Shown: positions 25,925 through 28,695 of the stretch, piece after piece
How the letters are laid out: every line of letters begins with the position of its first letter
Numbering within the stretch: position 1 is the stretch's first letter
Assembly: GCA_041483895.1 (NCBI GenBank)
Contig: JBGPGO010000029.1
Coordinates: 1 to 28,695 of the forward strand
Direction of reading: 5' to 3'
DNA length: 28,695 nt
Source of the DNA: Fimbriimonadia bacterium
Lineage (GTDB): Bacteria > Armatimonadota > Fimbriimonadia > Fimbriimonadales > JABRVX01
Notes under the pieces: generated by a model
What the model was told of the DNA's origin: nothing
Seen by the model: the letters and a program-made list of their open reading frames with translations, nothing else
Databases searched by the model: none
Translations under genes and position numbers: made by a program

Positions 25925-27156
25925 GAACCGAATCCGGCATGCAGCCGCAGGAATACATGCCCGACACCCTGCCGACCCTCGAAAAAAAGGGCGAGAACAC
26001 GATGGTTATCAACATGGGGCCGCAGCACCCGAGCACCCATGGCGTCCTGCGCGTGGTGCTGGAGTTGGACGGCGAAACGATCGTCGGCCTGCGCAGCGAA
26101 ATCGGCTACCTTCACACCGGCATGGAAAAAGAGGGCGAGTACCTGGACTATCGCAAAGCCCTGACCATGACCGACCGCATGGACTATCTGGCCGCCAACT
26201 CCAACAACCTCGCCTACACGCTTTCCGTGGAGAAGCTTCTTGATTTGGAAGTGCCGCCGCGCGGTCAGTATTTGCGCGTGATGCTGACAGAGCTTTCCCG
26301 CATCGCAAGCCACTGCGTCTGGCTGGGGACGCACTCGCTGGACCTGGGCGCGATGACCCCGTTTTTCTACATCTTTACGGAGCGCGAAAAGATACTGGAG
26401 ATGTTCGAGATGTTTTCCGGCGTGCGGATGATGCCGAGCTGGATCATCCCCGGCGGTCTGCGCGGAGATATGCCGGATGGGTTTGAGTCTAAATTGCGAA
26501 CGTTTCTGAAAGAGTTTCCCGCCAAGTTGGTGGAGGCCGAGGCGCTGCTAAAGACCAACCCGATCTTCATGGCCCGTACCCAGGGAGTTGGCTACATCAG
26601 CGCGGAACAGTGCATGGCGTTGGGGGTCAGCGGGCCGACGTTGCGAGCGGCAGGCGTGGGCTGGGACCTGCGAAAATCCAACCCATATTGCGGGTATGAG
26701 AAGTTCCAGTTCAGCATCCCGACCACAACCAACTCCGATGTATACGACAGATTCCTGGTGCGGATGGCGGAGATCCGCGAGAGTGTGAAGATTTTGCAGC
26801 AGACCATCGACGAGCTGCCCTCGGGTCCGTGGAACAGCGATGACCGAAAAGTGGTCCCTCCGCCGCGCGAGGAGTTGGACACCTCGATGGAGGCGGTCAT
26901 CCATCATTTCAAAATATACACGGAAGGGATCAGCCCTCCGGTCGGAGAGGCGTATGTGCCGATCGAGGGGCCGAAGGGTGAGATCGGGTTCTACCTGATC
27001 AGCGACGGGACGGCGATGCCGTATCGGTTCCATGTGCGCCCGCCCAGCTTCATGAATTTACAGGCGCTGGAGACGATGTGCCTCGGCCGCATGGTCGCGG
27101 ATGTGGTGGCCATCATTGGGTCCATAGATATCGTTTTGGGAGAGATCGATCGATGA
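25921..27156 (+). CDS. nuoD: NADH-quinone oxidoreductase subunit D
   Basis: NMGPQHPSTHGVLR, GYLHTGMEK, DRMDY, ELSRIASH, EGPKGEIG, terminal DIVLGEIDR. ATGA overlap with nuoC. Confidence 0.97.
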   Translation: MRTESGMQPQEYMPDTLPTLEKKGENTMVINMGPQHPSTHGVLRVVLELDGETIVGLRSEIGYLHTGMEKEGEYLDYRKALTMTDRMDYLAANSNNLAYTLSVEKLLDLEVPPRGQYLRVMLTELSRIASHCVWLGTHSLDLGAMTPFFYIFTEREKILEMFEMFSGVRMMPSWIIPGGLRGDMPDGFESKLRTFLKEFPAKLVEAEALLKTNPIFMARTQGVGYISAEQCMALGVSGPTLRAAGVGWDLRKSNPYCGYEKFQFSIPTTTNSDVYDRFLVRMAEIRESVKILQQTIDELPSGPWNSDDRKVVPPPREELDTSMEAVIHHFKIYTEGISPPVGEAYVPIEGPKGEIGFYLISDGTAMPYRFHVRPPSFMNLQALETMCLGRMVADVVAIIGSIDIVLGEIDR

Positions 27157-27824
27157 AACACATGGAGGGCTCCGTTCCATCGGAGCCAAAAATGGAGGGC
27201 GACGCTCCGTCGTCGCCGCTCTTGCAGTTGGGCCAACGCTTCGACCGGCCCAAACCTCCTTCGCCCGAGTCGGTGGAGATGAAGTTCTCGCCCAAGGCAG
27301 TGAAAGAGTTGGAGGCGCTGCTAACCCACTATCCGGACAAGAAGTCCGCCATCCTGCCGGCGCTCTGGATCGCGCAGCGCGAATATGACGGCTGGCTGCC
27401 GCCGAACGCGATCGCCGAGGTGGCGCTGCGGCTGAGCCGGCCGTATGCGGAGATCGAGGGCGTCGCGACCTTCTACACGATGTATGAAAAGCATAAGGTG
27501 GGCAAGCATCTGATCGAGGTGTGCACGTGCCTGACCTGCCATGTAAAGGGCGCGTATCGTCTGCTGGATCATCTACGCGCGAAGCTGGGCATCGATTTGG
27601 GCGAGACCACGCCGGACGGCATGTTCACGCTAAAAGAGGTGGAATGCTTGGACGCCTGCGACCGCGCCCCGGTCTTGCAGCACGGCGCCGACTACATCGG
27701 CCCGGTGGATGAAAAGCAGATGGACGAACTTCTGGAAAAATGGCGCAACGATGACAAAGACCACGTCATCCAACTTGCGAACGACGTGGTCCGATGCCAA
27801 CTCCGCGCTGACGAAGGCAATTAA
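27153..27824 (+). CDS. nuoE: NADH-quinone oxidoreductase subunit E
   Basis: SAILPAL..AQ...GW, GVATFYTMY, [2Fe-2S] ligands CTCLTC and ECLDAC. ATGA overlap with nuoD. Confidence 0.95.
   Translation: MKHMEGSVPSEPKMEGDAPSSPLLQLGQRFDRPKPPSPESVEMKFSPKAVKELEALLTHYPDKKSAILPALWIAQREYDGWLPPNAIAEVALRLSRPYAEIEGVATFYTMYEKHKVGKHLIEVCTCLTCHVKGAYRLLDHLRAKLGIDLGETTPDGMFTLKEVECLDACDRAPVLQHGADYIGPVDEKQMDELLEKWRNDDKDHVIQLANDVVRCQLRADEGN
27163..27217 (+). repeat. REP-like element copy 3 (27163-27187) and a stem-variant copy 4 (27193-27217) in the nuoE 5' end
   Basis: Copy 3 is identical to copy 1; copy 4 is TGGAG-GGCGACG-CTCCGT-CGTCGCC. Confidence 0.9.
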
Positions 27825-28324
27825 GAAATCGGTATTAGTCCAAGGTCCTTGCGGGCCTGCGCGAGAATTCTGGATTCACAATCCTCAATCGCCTTGAGTT
27901 CCACCTCAACCGCCACATCTTCGCCGGCTACCCGTGCAGTGTAACGGCACTCGGAGAATGCTTTGCGGAGATCGCTCAGCGCGCTAGTAACTTGCTCGTT
28001 TGCCATCAGCTGGGCGGTGACCAAAGCGTCGTCAAGCGTTCGCCTCGCTTCTTGATAGTCAAGTTGATGTTGCGCAATAGTCTTGTCGTCTTCGCGGTAC
28101 TCTGGATGCTGAAAAAAGTCCCGCATTGATTTGTTGAGAGGCTTCAGCCTTGCCAACGCTTTGAGGATTTTGTCGTATGCCTCGTGATTGTGCTCCCAAA
28201 GTTTTTCTTTTCGAAACTGAGTGATGGCAGGTATGACGCTAACATAAGAAACTACAAAACCGCCAACGACGGCAGCGAAGATGAGCGTTACCAGTTCCAC
28301 GAAGTGGTCGAGGTAATTGACCAT
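27821..28324 (-). CDS. Hypothetical protein, N-terminal TM helix plus helical domain, antisense within the nuo cluster
   Basis: 167-aa ORF filling the nuoE-nuoF gap, with hydrophobic LVTLIFAAVVGGFVVSYVSVI and a TAGCAT box 9 nt upstream of the ATG. Confidence 0.7.
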   Translation of the reverse strand: MVNYLDHFVELVTLIFAAVVGGFVVSYVSVIPAITQFRKEKLWEHNHEAYDKILKALARLKPLNKSMRDFFQHPEYREDDKTIAQHQLDYQEARRTLDDALVTAQLMANEQVTSALSDLRKAFSECRYTARVAGEDVAVEVELKAIEDCESRILAQARKDLGLIPIS

Positions 28325-28389
28325 GACGCAATGATGCTACCTCAGAAGCTCTCAATGTTCTGTGGCGCCTCCGCCTTACGCCGTCGGTC

Positions 28390-28427
28390 GGTTCGGTCTC
28401 CCGACCGAAACCCCGAAATGTCGGGGT
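28390..28427. repeat. Intergenic REP-like hairpins
   Basis: TTCGGT-CTCCCG-ACCGAA and ACCCCGA-AATG-TCGGGGT. Confidence 0.5.
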
Positions 28428-28544
28428 GTCCCCAGTGCAATCTATATTCAGGGTCTCCGCCCCGATTTACCTCGGCCAAACAGCCTCCTCGACGACTGTG
28501 GCAGTGGGGACAACGAGAAGCTCGGCGATGGTACAATTCCTCTG

Positions 28545-28695
28545 ATGGCCGAAATGAAACTCCTCCTCGAACACGCCCACGACCCCGAATACGCCACCCT
28601 CAAGGGATACGAGGCCAAGGGGGGCTACGCCGCGCTGAAGAAGGCCCAAGGCATGGACCGCCAGGCCATCATCGACGAGGTCAAAGCGTCGGGCC
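28545..28695 (+). CDS. nuoF: NADH-quinone oxidoreductase subunit F (5' part; absent from the ORF track)
   Basis: Manual translation MAEMKLLLEHAHDPEYATLKGYEAKGGYAALKKAQGMDRQAIIDEVKASG matches the NuoF N-terminus preceding LRGRGG; follows nuoE. Confidence 0.9.
   Translation, partial: MAEMKLLLEHAHDPEYATLKGYEAKGGYAALKKAQGMDRQAIIDEVKASG

Overview
GC-rich bacterial chromosomal window from a diderm organism. An Armatimonadota-like origin is inferred only, from the PEP-CTERM proteins, a dockerin-like tail and the LptD/LptF-G genes. The housekeeping backbone is a Ycf46-like AAA+ ATPase, panB, an lptF/G-lptD-like operon, nadA, a Wza/SLBB export protein, mnmE, an araB-dehydrogenase-araD cluster, galT and nuoA-C-D-E-F (no nuoB in the window). 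Four things stand out. (1) A two-gene island between galT and nuoA encodes a STAND/NLR-like NTPase-TPR protein and a small Bell-like helical protein. They share a 24-aa G/N/Q-rich motif at the NLR N-terminus and the effector C-terminus, the layout of an amyloid-signalling cell-death/defence system; the NLR also has an in-frame TGA near its end. (2) The nadA leader contains a compact NAD+-I (nadA-motif) riboswitch-like hairpin. (3) There is a tandem array of four cohesin-like PEP-CTERM paralogs plus one truncated copy, and three of the genes share leader elements. (4) Several REP-like palindromes and 9-bp repeats are inserted in frame inside conserved enzyme genes (nuoA, nuoC, nuoE, galT, the dehydrogenase). 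No tRNA, rRNA, CRISPR array or transposase was seen.
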